A DNA stretch of 64,000 nucleotides from assembly GCA_963840455.1 (NCBI GenBank), contig CAWIYV010000011.1, positions 672,001 to 736,000 of the forward strand, given 5' to 3'. This document shows positions 11,025 through 20,516 of the stretch, one piece after another. Origin of the DNA: Nitrospirota bacterium. Its GTDB lineage: Bacteria > Nitrospirota > UBA9217. The first letter of the stretch is position 1. Each line of letters opens with the position of its first letter. A model generated the notes under the pieces. That model made no database searches and was not told the origin of the DNA. It worked only from the letters and a program-made list of their open reading frames with translations. The position numbers and the translations under genes are program-made.

Positions 11025-12289
11025 GGATGAACCTCCTTGTGTTCATGATCTGCCGGGGAGGAAGCAAATCGTGTACCAGCAAGCACGATGAGGCCAGCGC
11101 CGACGCCGATGATCCCCATCATGGGAATCGCGGCATAACCCCATCGATTCGCTGCCCATCCTCCCAGGGCCGCCCCGATAACGCCGGACAGCGCGGTGAC
11201 CGCGTTAAAGACGCCCATTCCCTCCCCCTCGTTCTTCGGCGACAGGCCGGCAACCAGTGCCGTGCTGCTCACGCTGAGCAAAGACCATGCAAGCACAACG
11301 AATAAAAAGAACGACAGGGCAAGCCAACCGCGTCCTGGCACGGATAGGACTGCCAGCATGGTCAACACAATAAAAGCTACGATACGAAGGACCAGCGCGT
11401 CCCGGAGGAGGGGCAGCGGCCCCCTCTGCGCAGACCACGTCCCCGCCGGAGCATAGAGGATGAGTCCCAGACCGGCAGCCAGGGCATATCCTGTTGACGA
11501 CAGCCCCGGCTGCACCCCGTAGACCTTCTGCATTAAGACAGGATAGAAGGAAAAGAATGCCGCGCTGCCTGAAAAACTCATTAGCCAGGCGATCAAAAAA
11601 AGACCGAAGGACGTCTTCAACGGCGTGAGGAGCATCCTTATGCCCTGCAGGCTCAGATGGTGAAAAAGATGCTGGGGTGAGCCGGCAGGCCACTCTGCAT
11701 GGTGCACGGGGTGTGAGAGCAGGGGCCGGCGCTGCAGGGGAGCAGCCGGCACCCGGTGCGTTCCAATCAGGGCAGGAATAATCGCGCCAATTCCTATCCC
11801 ACCGGCCAGCCAAAGACCGGCATCAGGCCTGCTTTGACCGATCACTCCCGCGAGCACCAGTCCTACGACCTGACCGCCACCGTAAAAGGTCTGGAGCCAG
11901 CCGATGCGTGCGCCCCACTCCGACTCCGGATGGACCTCGACGATAAAAAGGTTCGCGACCGTCGAGGCCGCTGCCAGACCGATGCCCGACAGGAGTGCCA
12001 GCCCGGTCCGAAGGAATAACGACAGAGCGAAAGGGAAGACGGCTGCTCCGAGAGCAGTCCCGAAAAGACCGCCTATGAGCAGCTGTCGATGCATGCGAAA
12101 GCGGTCGGCAAGTCCGCCCCAGACCGGCGCCGTGAGACCTCCCATGCTGAATGTCGCCATGACAAGGCCAATGTCCGCTGCTCCGCCGGTCCGACCGATC
12201 AGAATGGGCAGCAGGATCGGGACCAGCCCAGCCGCGGTCATGCCGAGCAAAGCATACGAAATGTACCAGCGTTCAATCCACTTCATCAA
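11021..12289 (-). CDS. MFS transporter
   Basis: About 12 TM helices, motif A 'GGLADRF', ATGA overlap with dehydrogenase. Confidence 0.88.
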   Translation of the reverse strand: MMKWIERWYISYALLGMTAAGLVPILLPILIGRTGGAADIGLVMATFSMGGLTAPVWGGLADRFRMHRQLLIGGLFGTALGAAVFPFALSLFLRTGLALLSGIGLAAASTVANLFIVEVHPESEWGARIGWLQTFYGGGQVVGLVLAGVIGQSRPDAGLWLAGGIGIGAIIPALIGTHRVPAAPLQRRPLLSHPVHHAEWPAGSPQHLFHHLSLQGIRMLLTPLKTSFGLFLIAWLMSFSGSAAFFSFYPVLMQKVYGVQPGLSSTGYALAAGLGLILYAPAGTWSAQRGPLPLLRDALVLRIVAFIVLTMLAVLSVPGRGWLALSFFLFVVLAWSLLSVSSTALVAGLSPKNEGEGMGVFNAVTALSGVIGAALGGWAANRWGYAAIPMMGIIGVGAGLIVLAGTRFASSPADHEHKEVHP

Positions 12290-12494
12290 TTCCCCGAAGG
12301 CATTCTTATTGAATTATATATCCATCTCTCTTTCTTCGCAGGCTATCAGCTTCTCCGCCCGGGTCGTCCTCGCGATTTGAACGTCATATACCGTTGATGC
12401 CGAATAATCCTATCCAGCGGTCGCGTCAGCCGAGAGGAACGCCAGCGGGCAGACTGCTGGTTCGACTCACCATAGAATGACCGCTCGATACCTT

Positions 12495-13934
12495 CTAGTG
12501 CCCTGCGGTATCAGCGCCATTCTTCCTTCCCTGCCTGACGCCAGCTTCTTCAAGAATGACGTCACTAATGTGTCCGTACTTTCCTTCGAAATGGTGTCCT
12601 CCGGGCATCCGAATGACCTTTGCCACGCCTTGTCCAAGCAGGGGGCAGAGGCTGTCCGCTTCCTCTGCCCCGTAGAGACAAACCACATTTCTGCCCCTCA
12701 GTTTTTCTACTTCCGGCAAAATCGGCCTTGCAGACTCGCCACCTGAATATCCCAGCCACTCCGAGAAATGGAATTCAAACTCCGTTTTCCTGGCCGGACC
12801 CAGAAGGACGATCTCACGCACATGGTCCAGGAGGTCCTTCGGCAAACGGTTCGCCATAAAGGGAAGTACGTCCGCACCAAGGGAATAACCGACCAGAAGG
12901 ACGTTGTTCCTGTTCCATATGCGCTCATAGTGCCGCAGTATCCTGGCGAGGTCTTCTGAAGCACCTTCGGGCGTTCGCCTGGTCCAAAAATATTGGAGGG
13001 CGTTCAGTCCAACTACGGGGATGCCACGTTCGGCGAGTGTAGTTCCCACTTCCCGGTCCAAACCTGCCCAGCCGCCGTCTCCGGATATGATGACGGAGAA
13101 CAAGTCCGACCGGTCACCCTGCACCGGGACCTCCACGAGGGGCAGGTCGTCCAAAGAACCGCTCGCTGTGGTAGTCATTTCTTTTCCATCAGCGAGCTGG
13201 TCAAAAGCTTTCCTAAATTCGGGGAGCCAATGTCTTTCCACAGAAAATCCATGCCCCACGGAGGGAAGTACAACTATGTGGGAATCGGGAACACGCCGCA
13301 TGAACGATCGCGCCGCTTCAGCGTTACAGACCCTGTCGATCTCGCCCTGTAGAACGGTCCAGGGCGTCTCTAGTTTACGGTCTGGCAGGAATATCGTTTT
13401 TTTAGCATCAGGCTCTTGCTTCGATACCAGCCCATAACCGCGGCACAGCGGCTTTCGCATCGCAAGGTCGGGACAGAATCCCAAGCTGATGCCTCCCTGA
13501 AAGGTATTCGGCGGAGCCTGTGCCAGAACGGCATAGACCAGCGTCGCGCCGGATGAGTAGCCAACAAGAATTGGAAGCTTATACCGCGGGAGATCCAGCC
13601 GTTTCTGTACGTACTTGCTGAGGGCCTCAAAGTCAGCTGCCGGATAGATGCATCTGTCCCTTGATGTTTCAAGGTTGTGAAGATAACGCGTGATATCCAC
13701 ACCTGCGACAACACAGCCAAGCCTGACGAGCGCGCGAGTCATCTCCACTACTCCCTTGTTCCATCCGCCGTCCCCGGAGACGAAGATCACCACGGCACGC
13801 GGTTGCGCCACCTCCCGGTACAGGAAGACCCTCCCGAAGGGTCTGAAGTTAAATGACTCCGCCTCAGCATGAACGAAGTCACAGCAAACCAGGACCAGGG
13901 TTGCGGTAAGCAAGATAACGAATAATCTCTTCAT
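12495..13934 (-). CDS. acvB: AcvB/VirJ family lysyl-phosphatidylglycerol hydrolase
   Basis: Two SGDGGW motifs, GYSSG / GYSLG nucleophile elbows, GGHHF; coupled to mprF. Confidence 0.9.
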   Translation of the reverse strand: MKRLFVILLTATLVLVCCDFVHAEAESFNFRPFGRVFLYREVAQPRAVVIFVSGDGGWNKGVVEMTRALVRLGCVVAGVDITRYLHNLETSRDRCIYPAADFEALSKYVQKRLDLPRYKLPILVGYSSGATLVYAVLAQAPPNTFQGGISLGFCPDLAMRKPLCRGYGLVSKQEPDAKKTIFLPDRKLETPWTVLQGEIDRVCNAEAARSFMRRVPDSHIVVLPSVGHGFSVERHWLPEFRKAFDQLADGKEMTTTASGSLDDLPLVEVPVQGDRSDLFSVIISGDGGWAGLDREVGTTLAERGIPVVGLNALQYFWTRRTPEGASEDLARILRHYERIWNRNNVLLVGYSLGADVLPFMANRLPKDLLDHVREIVLLGPARKTEFEFHFSEWLGYSGGESARPILPEVEKLRGRNVVCLYGAEEADSLCPLLGQGVAKVIRMPGGHHFEGKYGHISDVILEEAGVRQGRKNGADTAGH

Positions 13935-16486
13935 TTCTTGAGTGCCCCCATAAGACCTCCCGATATCAGGGATGCGAGGTTCGCCAGAATGCGGGGGAGC
14001 AGAAAGATCCGGGGAAAGACAAGATATTTCGGCTCCCAGAGAGGATCGAATTTTCCCTTGAACTGTCTCAATCCCTGGAAGTTATAAAAATGCTCGCCAT
14101 GCCGGAATATCTGCGCACCCAGGCGGTTCCAGACCGGTGCAAGTGCCCGATCTTCGAGGCCGGCAAGGGGCACCATACCGAGGTTGAACTCGCGATAGCC
14201 CTGCTCCTTGCCCCAGAGCATCAGTTCCACGAAGAGGAATTCCATGATGCCCTCCGGGGAATCAGGTGCATGACGCATGAGGTCAATGGAAAGCTCTTCC
14301 TTGCCTGCTCCAGGCCAGATATTGGAAAAGGCGATGATGTTCCCTTCCCTCGTGACCAGAGCCATGGGGAACTCCCGCAGGTAGGTATCGTTGAAATTCC
14401 CGAGGGAGAAGCGTTTCTCTCTCGTATTCTTTGCCGCAAGCCAGGCGTTGGAGATGACCCTGAGCCGGGGCAGGAGCGCTGGTATCTCCTGCGCCGGCAC
14501 GACCGAAAAGACTGCACCATCCCGCTGCGCACGCCGGTGTGCGTAACGCAGGCCTTTCCGGCCGCCGCCTTCCAGGGAGAATTCGGCAAGAACAACCTTC
14601 GCCTCTTCGCCGATCTTCAGTGTAGTAAGACCAAGGTCGACATAGAAATACAGGTTGTCCTTGGCTACTTCGTAGAATACGGGCCACCCTCCGTGCCGAT
14701 CGCACAGCTCCCGAAAACCCCAAACCAGGTCCTTACGGTCCTCTTCGAGACCCACCGGGTCCCCCATAGCGATCCAACTCTTTCCCTCCACAGCGTACAT
14801 GATGAATGACCGGTTGCTCTCGCTAAAAAGAAATCTCTTGTCCCCGAGGAGGCCAAGGTACGCACTGGTTTCCCTGCTCGCCGAGATGGCCGCGCGGGCC
14901 CTGTCCCTGTCTGCTGGTCCGGTAACATAGGCGCCTGGCGGCATCGGCTTCAGGAGCCGCGTGATCCCCATGATAACCGCGAGGCAGATCACGCCGACGC
15001 TCGCCCGCAGGAACCGCGATGCGTCGCCCGTTATGGTGAACTGCCACCACAGATCCTGAGAGTATTCCACGTGACGATAGGCAAATACCCCCAGCCAGAC
15101 CGTTCCGGCCAGGACGGCGACGATGGACATGATCCACCCGGCGGAAAAGCTCTGGCCCAGGAGCGAGGCGCGGCGGTAGAAGAACCCTTTAGCCGGCAGC
15201 AGGGCGGCAAGCATGACTGCGAGGATTAATGCTTCCTCGTAATCGAAGCCCTTGAGCAGGGAAAACAGAATGCCCGCGACAAGGAGGGCGACCGTGAGGT
15301 GGTACGCCGCATCCAATCTTCGCTGTATCCCGCGTGCCACAAGCAGCAGGGCGACGCCGCTCAGGCTGCCAAAAAAATGAGATGCCTCCAGGAAAGCAAG
15401 CGGGATGATGTCGGTGATCCATTCCAGCCGTGCCGGAAGTTCAGGCGTCGCGCCCGAGAACAGAAGCAGCGCCCCTGCTGCGAATATGATCACCGAAAGG
15501 ACCCGGGGCGCAATGGCAGCCGCTCCCTGACCCATGATCCGGCTGAAAGAGGCGACCTTGGCCTCCAACCGGGCAAGTTCATAGGAACCGAGCAGGACCG
15601 CCGCGATGATGAGCGGCAGGAGGTAGTATATCCCCCGGTACAACAGGAGAGCGCCCGCAATTTGCGAGGTCGTGAGCCCGGGAGGGGAGAGCAGGAGAAA
15701 TACGGTCTCAAACACGCCAAGACCCCCCGGAACCTGGCTCACAAGCCCGGCCACCTGAGCCAGAAAAAAGACGCCATAAAGGAGCGGCAGCGAGGAGAGG
15801 GCCGTGGGGGGGAGAAGCACGAACAGTACGCTCCCGGCCAGCAGCCAGTCAAGAGCGGATACCGCGATCTGCGCCAAAGACAGTCCCGTCGAGGGGAGCG
15901 GAATCTCGCGCTGCCGAATCATTAGGGGCTTCCTGGAGACCGTGCTCCAGGTGAGGTAGAAGGCTGTTACGGAAAGAAAGAGAATTCCCAGCGGGCGCGC
16001 AGAAAGGATAGGTAGTCCCAGAAGTGACGGCACTTCAACGGGCTCCACAACGAAAACGATGCCTCCTACTGTCAGGAGCCCGAGCCAGAGCGTCAGCGTA
16101 GAAAAAACCACCATCTTCGTGACATCCAGCACCGAGAGGCCCCACGATGTGTACAACCGGTACCGGATGGAACTTCCCGCCAGCATGGACAGCCCGATGT
16201 TGTTGCTGACGGCATATCCGATGAACGATACGAATGCAATCCTTCCATACTCCAGATTGCGGCCGACGTATCGGAACGCCAGGGCATCGTATCCCGTGAG
16301 GACAAAATAGTTCAGCGCCGTCAGCAGCATGGAAGCGATCAATCGCAACGCTGGAACGGCGCGCGCCGCTGCGGTGATATCCCCGTAGTGGTATTCGGAC
16401 AACGCGCGGTGGAGGACCCAGAGGGCCGCAAGGAAGAACACGAGACCCAGGAGGGACTCAATCAGATCTGTGATCTTTCTGTTCAT
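13931..16486 (-). CDS. mprF: Bifunctional lysylphosphatidylglycerol flippase/synthetase MprF
   Basis: VPGGLGVFE flippase motif, GDPVG, EKRFSLG, IDLMRH, FYNFQGLRQFKGKF. Confidence 0.95.
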   Translation of the reverse strand: MNRKITDLIESLLGLVFFLAALWVLHRALSEYHYGDITAAARAVPALRLIASMLLTALNYFVLTGYDALAFRYVGRNLEYGRIAFVSFIGYAVSNNIGLSMLAGSSIRYRLYTSWGLSVLDVTKMVVFSTLTLWLGLLTVGGIVFVVEPVEVPSLLGLPILSARPLGILFLSVTAFYLTWSTVSRKPLMIRQREIPLPSTGLSLAQIAVSALDWLLAGSVLFVLLPPTALSSLPLLYGVFFLAQVAGLVSQVPGGLGVFETVFLLLSPPGLTTSQIAGALLLYRGIYYLLPLIIAAVLLGSYELARLEAKVASFSRIMGQGAAAIAPRVLSVIIFAAGALLLFSGATPELPARLEWITDIIPLAFLEASHFFGSLSGVALLLVARGIQRRLDAAYHLTVALLVAGILFSLLKGFDYEEALILAVMLAALLPAKGFFYRRASLLGQSFSAGWIMSIVAVLAGTVWLGVFAYRHVEYSQDLWWQFTITGDASRFLRASVGVICLAVIMGITRLLKPMPPGAYVTGPADRDRARAAISASRETSAYLGLLGDKRFLFSESNRSFIMYAVEGKSWIAMGDPVGLEEDRKDLVWGFRELCDRHGGWPVFYEVAKDNLYFYVDLGLTTLKIGEEAKVVLAEFSLEGGGRKGLRYAHRRAQRDGAVFSVVPAQEIPALLPRLRVISNAWLAAKNTREKRFSLGNFNDTYLREFPMALVTREGNIIAFSNIWPGAGKEELSIDLMRHAPDSPEGIMEFLFVELMLWGKEQGYREFNLGMVPLAGLEDRALAPVWNRLGAQIFRHGEHFYNFQGLRQFKGKFDPLWEPKYLVFPRIFLLPRILANLASLISGGLMGALKK

Positions 16487-16758
16487 GATTTATTATAATT
16501 TTAGCGGATTTTCTTTCGGCCTGTGCGAGGAAACCGGCTCACGTAGCTGATCACGTTGGCTCTGAAAGGTAGCACTATATTTCTTGCGCCGGCGGAGAAA
16601 TATTGCCCTACCTATACCTATCCCGAATTTTCCTCCCGTCTAGTCAGATGGTACGGGAGGGCTGCCCTGCCCTGTGGAACTTGACGATCTCCGGATGTAA
16701 AATAATTGTAGATAGATCAGGAACCGTATTGTTCTTGGCTGAAAGGGAGGTGCGAATC

Positions 16759-17151
16759 ATGCTCCGCAAGAAATTGACCATCAATGTTTCGACGGCGGCG
16801 CGTATCCTGGCGGATATCCTCGTTCTGATCGCTGTCGCGCTCGTTGTGGTGTCATTTGTCGAGACGGCATTTGCCGCCGTACCCCTGCAGGGGAGCAGGA
16901 CAAATACCCTGAGAGGGGAGATAGTGGCTGTCGACAACGTCGGCTACGTGACGGTCCTGACCGTCCGGTCTGCCCAGATAGGCCCGTTCCCCAACAACGA
17001 GCTGAACATCTTTACGAATCAGAACACCATGGTGAAGATCTGCAAGGAACGCGAACCTGCCAGGGACATAAATGTCGGCAGTAATGCGACCATTACCTAT
17101 CATGAAGAAGGAAGGGTAGCCGTCGCGAACGAGATCTTGGAACGCTGCTGA
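16759..17151 (+). CDS. Exported hypothetical protein (small beta-rich)
   Basis: SD AAGGGAGG, signal peptide ending AFA, followed by a terminator. Confidence 0.65.
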   Translation: MLRKKLTINVSTAARILADILVLIAVALVVVSFVETAFAAVPLQGSRTNTLRGEIVAVDNVGYVTVLTVRSAQIGPFPNNELNIFTNQNTMVKICKEREPARDINVGSNATITYHEEGRVAVANEILERC

Positions 17152-17176
17152 TGCCAGAAGCGTTCTGTTTTTCGTT

Positions 17177-17207
17177 AAAGGCTCCGCAGGAATGCGGAGC
17201 CTTTTTT
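17177..17207. terminator. Intrinsic terminator, likely bidirectional
   Basis: AAAGGCTCCGCA-GGAA-TGCGGAGCCTTTTTT. Confidence 0.8.
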
Positions 17208-17351
17208 CTAATTTGGTTCTACGGAGAACACCTGGCACCGGAGAGAGAGGAACTCCGCCTCCTGCCCGATCCGAACCTCTGCTTCATAAGGTTCACACTT
17301 CCCCCCAAAACATGACGCAGCGTTCTTTTTCAAGATCGTGGCAAATTTCAT
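17208..17351 (-). CDS. Possible small protein (47 aa)
   Basis: GGAAAGGA SD before ATG 17351; stop abuts terminator; no recognised motif. Confidence 0.35.
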   Translation of the reverse strand: MKFATILKKNAASCFGGKCEPYEAEVRIGQEAEFLSLRCQVFSVEPN

Positions 17352-17422
17352 CCGTTCCTTTCCCAAACTGTTCCTGTCGGGAATGCTAATATTGCCCTCC
17401 GCTCGTCTTGGAACGTTGACTC

Positions 17423-17605
17423 TCAATGTACATCGCACATGCAGGAACACTGTTCATTTTGGTTCAGACCGGATGGTTGCTCTTCAGTCCCTTGCTCATC
17501 CCAATTCATCAACCGCCATATACCCCATCCCATAAGGGACCAGAGAACGATAATAATAGGCGCTGGCCATCCCATGGTCCATTCAAGTATCTCAACAGGT
17601 TTCAC
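17423..17605 (-). CDS. Possible small single-TM protein (60 aa) with Cys-rich tail CSCMC
   Basis: GAGAGGAG SD before GTG; Trp-rich hydrophobic helix. Confidence 0.45.
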   Translation of the reverse strand: MKPVEILEWTMGWPAPIIIVLWSLMGWGIWRLMNWDEQGTEEQPSGLNQNEQCSCMCDVH

Positions 17606-17731
17606 GATCGATCACTCCTCTCACGATACTTCATTCTCTCCTGACTCAATTTTGGAGAGTTTTTCTGATACGCCCGACAAGCCATTGATTACACCAATCA
17701 CGCGGATTAGATCTGATTGGCGACGTCGGCT

Positions 17732-18811
17732 TCAATTTTTAAAAAGTTTCACGTACTTTCCATAACCATCTTTTACCAGGTCCTCTTTTGGTATGAACCT
17801 GAGAGCCGCCGAGTTCATGCAATAACGCAGGTGCGTCGGCGCCGGGCCGTCATCAAACACGTGGCCGAGGTGCGAGTCGGCTTGTTTGCTCCGCACCTCG
17901 GTCCTGACCGCGAAGTACCATGTCCGGTCCTTCTTTGTAACGATATTGCCGGGCTCGAGCGGCCTGGTGAAGCTCGGCCATCCCGTGCCGGACTCGTATT
18001 TATCGAGAGAGCTGAACAGAGGCTCGCCGGAGACGATATCGACATAGATGCCGGGCTTATGGTTGTCCCAATATGCATTGTTGAAGGCCGGTTCCGTTCC
18101 GTCCTCCTGCGTCACCTTATACTGCATCGGGGTCAGTCTTTTTTTCAGCTCTTCCTTTGACGGTTTCACAAAGGCTCCACTGGCCTCATTGGCCATTGCC
18201 GTATGCATCATTTTCTCTTTCCCCCAGACCTTCTCAAGATACTTGTCACGGCCGCAGCTGGACCTGTAGAACTTGTACCGGATAGGGTTCTTTTTATAAT
18301 AATCCTGATGGTACTCCTCGGCCTTATAGAATGCAGAGGCTTTGATCAGTTCGGTCACAATGGGTTTCTGATACCTACCGGTCTTTTCGAGCGCTTCTTT
18401 CGATTCTTCAGCCAGCCGTTTTTGTTTGGCATTTTCGTAAAATATCGCTGAACGATACTGCGGTCCTCTGTCGCAAAATTGGCCGCCTTGATCCGTCGGG
18501 TCTATTTGACGCCAGAAGACGTCAAGCAATGCCGAATAGCTTATCTTGGAAGGATCATAGGTGATCTGCACCGCTTCTATGTGGCCCTTCTCTGCATAGT
18601 CCTTGTAGGTGGGATCCGGGCTATTGCCGCCTGTATACCCTGATACCACCTCGTTAACACCGTTCAATTTCTCAAAAGGCGGCGTCATGCACCAAAAGCA
18701 CCCGCCCGCAAAGGTTGCTTTTTCAAGATGAGTCATACTGCCTGCATCGGCTTGAGTAGCCATGAGCGGCAGAATCAGCAATGTTCCTATCAACAATAAT
18801 TTCACCAGCAT
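17732..18811 (-). CDS. msrAB: Periplasmic peptide-methionine sulfoxide reductase MsrA-MsrB fusion
   Basis: [15 protein letters not shown] (MsrA); [20 protein letters not shown] (MsrB); signal peptide; SD GAGGA. Confidence 0.95.
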   Translation of the reverse strand: MLVKLLLIGTLLILPLMATQADAGSMTHLEKATFAGGCFWCMTPPFEKLNGVNEVVSGYTGGNSPDPTYKDYAEKGHIEAVQITYDPSKISYSALLDVFWRQIDPTDQGGQFCDRGPQYRSAIFYENAKQKRLAEESKEALEKTGRYQKPIVTELIKASAFYKAEEYHQDYYKKNPIRYKFYRSSCGRDKYLEKVWGKEKMMHTAMANEASGAFVKPSKEELKKRLTPMQYKVTQEDGTEPAFNNAYWDNHKPGIYVDIVSGEPLFSSLDKYESGTGWPSFTRPLEPGNIVTKKDRTWYFAVRTEVRSKQADSHLGHVFDDGPAPTHLRYCMNSAALRFIPKEDLVKDGYGKYVKLFKN

Positions 18812-19056
18812 GGTCAGTTCCTCGCTTTTTCTGTGATCATTCCAACATATGTTCCGGCCTTTTTCAAAGCGGACTCCATTTCCTTGATTGTAATGGCCTT
18901 CGGGTCCATAACAGACAGTGTCTGTCTCACCGACCCTCCGCATATGCCAGCTATGCATGCTTATTAAAGACAAATTCACTCTTATATTTAATTATAGCAT
19001 TCTTTATGCCAGAATGTTTCTCTGTTATACCGTAGACTCGCTGGGAGCTGTGTTCC

Positions 19057-19150
19057 ATGAGGGCGGCGGAATCGAACCCGCGTGCGAAAGCCATCAAACC
19101 TAAAGCACATACATGTTTATACCCTCGCTTGATGCTCGGCTCCTCCTGCC
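19057..19150 (-). pseudogene. Decayed ~95-bp copy of the tmRNA 3' portion (distal att scar)
   Basis: GGCGGCGGAATCGAACCCGCGTGCGAAAGCCATCAAACCTAAAGCACATACATGTTTATACCCTCG aligns to tmRNA 31281-31372, roughly 80% identical by eye. Confidence 0.85.
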
Positions 19151-19204
19151 TTTCTGTTCATGATAAAAAAGAGGGAATTCCTAATTGGAATCCAGGGCAC
19201 GCAA

Positions 19205-19563
19205 TATAATAGTTTGTCCAATCGCCTGAATTGCTGCCACTATTAGAAATTCGATTTGTAAAACATACCCCAAAAAATACCCCAACTTGTGAACGCTAGA
19301 AAACAAAAAAAGAGCTAATTCCTTTAAGGAGTTAGCCCTGGTCCCCGCCTGTGTTCAATGGAGACTTTCGGAAAAAATCAAAATATCACGATAATGTCAA
19401 ATAGTTATGGTGGAGGCGGCGGGAATTTAATAGCTTGTCCAACCTATTGAAATTCCACGCTTTATTTTCGGCGTTATTTCGACATACCCCGAATTAATAC
19501 CCCTAAAATGCTGGATGTCATAAGCTCTAGATGGACTAATTCGGCCGTTATTGCACATCTAAC
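19205..19563. repeat. att-like direct repeat copy 1 (half-core, ATACCCC pair, terminator, tmRNA 3' core 19407-19427, half-core, ATACCCC pair)
   Basis: Colinear with 25119-25489; contains ATGGTGGAGGCGGCGGGAATT identical to tmRNA 31274-31294. Confidence 0.9.
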
Positions 19564-19672
19564 CTATATATACCTTGCTAAAAAGTGAACGACGCGCGTT
19601 TCGACGGAGCCGGTTCGTACCGCAATGACTACCGATAAGAAACGACGCAGCAACAAACTCAATCTTGACCGC

Positions 19673-20509
19673 TCATCGGCGCGGCAAGGCCGCATCCGGT
19701 GCAGCGTCGCATTGTTCGGCACCTTCCTTGAGCGCAAAGGCTTCGGCGCAGGCGAGTTGCGCAAGCCGTCCTGCTGTATCCTCAAGGGGCTTGAGAGATA
19801 TATCTTCGCCGGAATGTCGCTCGTAGTACCCGAAGGGGTTGTCGAGATCCCTGATCAGCATCAGGAGGTAAATCATCAGGTACGAAATAACTCCCACAAA
19901 GAACAACGACTCGTAAAACGGCTCGATCTTTGCCAATATAAGCCCTATACATAGAAGGATCGTGGTGAGATCCGCGAGCAAATAACCCGAGGCAATAAAA
20001 GACGTTTCCCGAATAGTGTGAACGCGAAGGAGCGTACGTCGGAGATTGCTCTGCTCCTGCTTCAATCGAGCTACCAGAGTCGCCTGAGTCCATTGTTCCA
20101 TCGCCGCGAACTGAGGGGTTAGATCGTTCACGTGCTCCAGCAATTCTGTGGTTCGGTGCTTCTTATGGAACCAGTCCAGAATGTCCCGGCTCAATTGGGA
20201 CAGCAGGAGCAGACAGGCGCCAACACTGGCTTCCGATCGCGTCATCTTGATACCGCGCACTTCTTGCGCCAAATTCTCCAAACATGCGCTCAACTCGCCT
20301 GGAAGGCGCTCGCTCTCCTTGAAATCCGACAGAACGCCGCTCAGAAGAAATCCCATGAGGAAGACATTTGCGGCCACAATCCCCGAGAAGAGCGGATTGA
20401 TGGAGAGGATCTCTGCCCCGAAGAAATGGACAAGGAGTTTTGCGCCTACGACCAGCGCAACCACGGCGCTGACACGAAGCAGAAGACGGTATTTGTTCTG
20501 GATGGTCAT
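19673..20509 (-). CDS. Integral membrane hypothetical protein (possibly bestrophin/DUF4239-like)
   Basis: Four hydrophobic segments, 'GFLLSGVLSDFKESE' and 'IRDLDNPF' motifs; SD GAGGGA before ATG 20509. Confidence 0.7.
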   Translation of the reverse strand: MTIQNKYRLLLRVSAVVALVVGAKLLVHFFGAEILSINPLFSGIVAANVFLMGFLLSGVLSDFKESERLPGELSACLENLAQEVRGIKMTRSEASVGACLLLLSQLSRDILDWFHKKHRTTELLEHVNDLTPQFAAMEQWTQATLVARLKQEQSNLRRTLLRVHTIRETSFIASGYLLADLTTILLCIGLILAKIEPFYESLFFVGVISYLMIYLLMLIRDLDNPFGYYERHSGEDISLKPLEDTAGRLAQLACAEAFALKEGAEQCDAAPDAALPRR

Positions 20510-20516
20510 CGTTCCC

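Noticed and set aside
12399-12466. attC-like GCCGAAT...GTTCGAC element between the MFS gene and acvB
   Set aside because: End boxes are only partly complementary, the internal stem is poor, and it is isolated with no integron integrase.
17732-18979. Long N-terminal extensions in the ORF track (msrAB, rsmH 59158, ftsA 43915, ftsL 58217, proC 33876, Slp 3736)
   Set aside because: Downstream starts have SD sequences, gene overlaps or family-typical N-termini; some extensions are just translated repeats.
19407-19427. tRNA genes at the TGGTGGAGGCGGCGGG motifs (also 25331 and 19057)
   Set aside because: Only the acceptor/T-arm 3' half is present; no D or anticodon arm; they match the tmRNA end.
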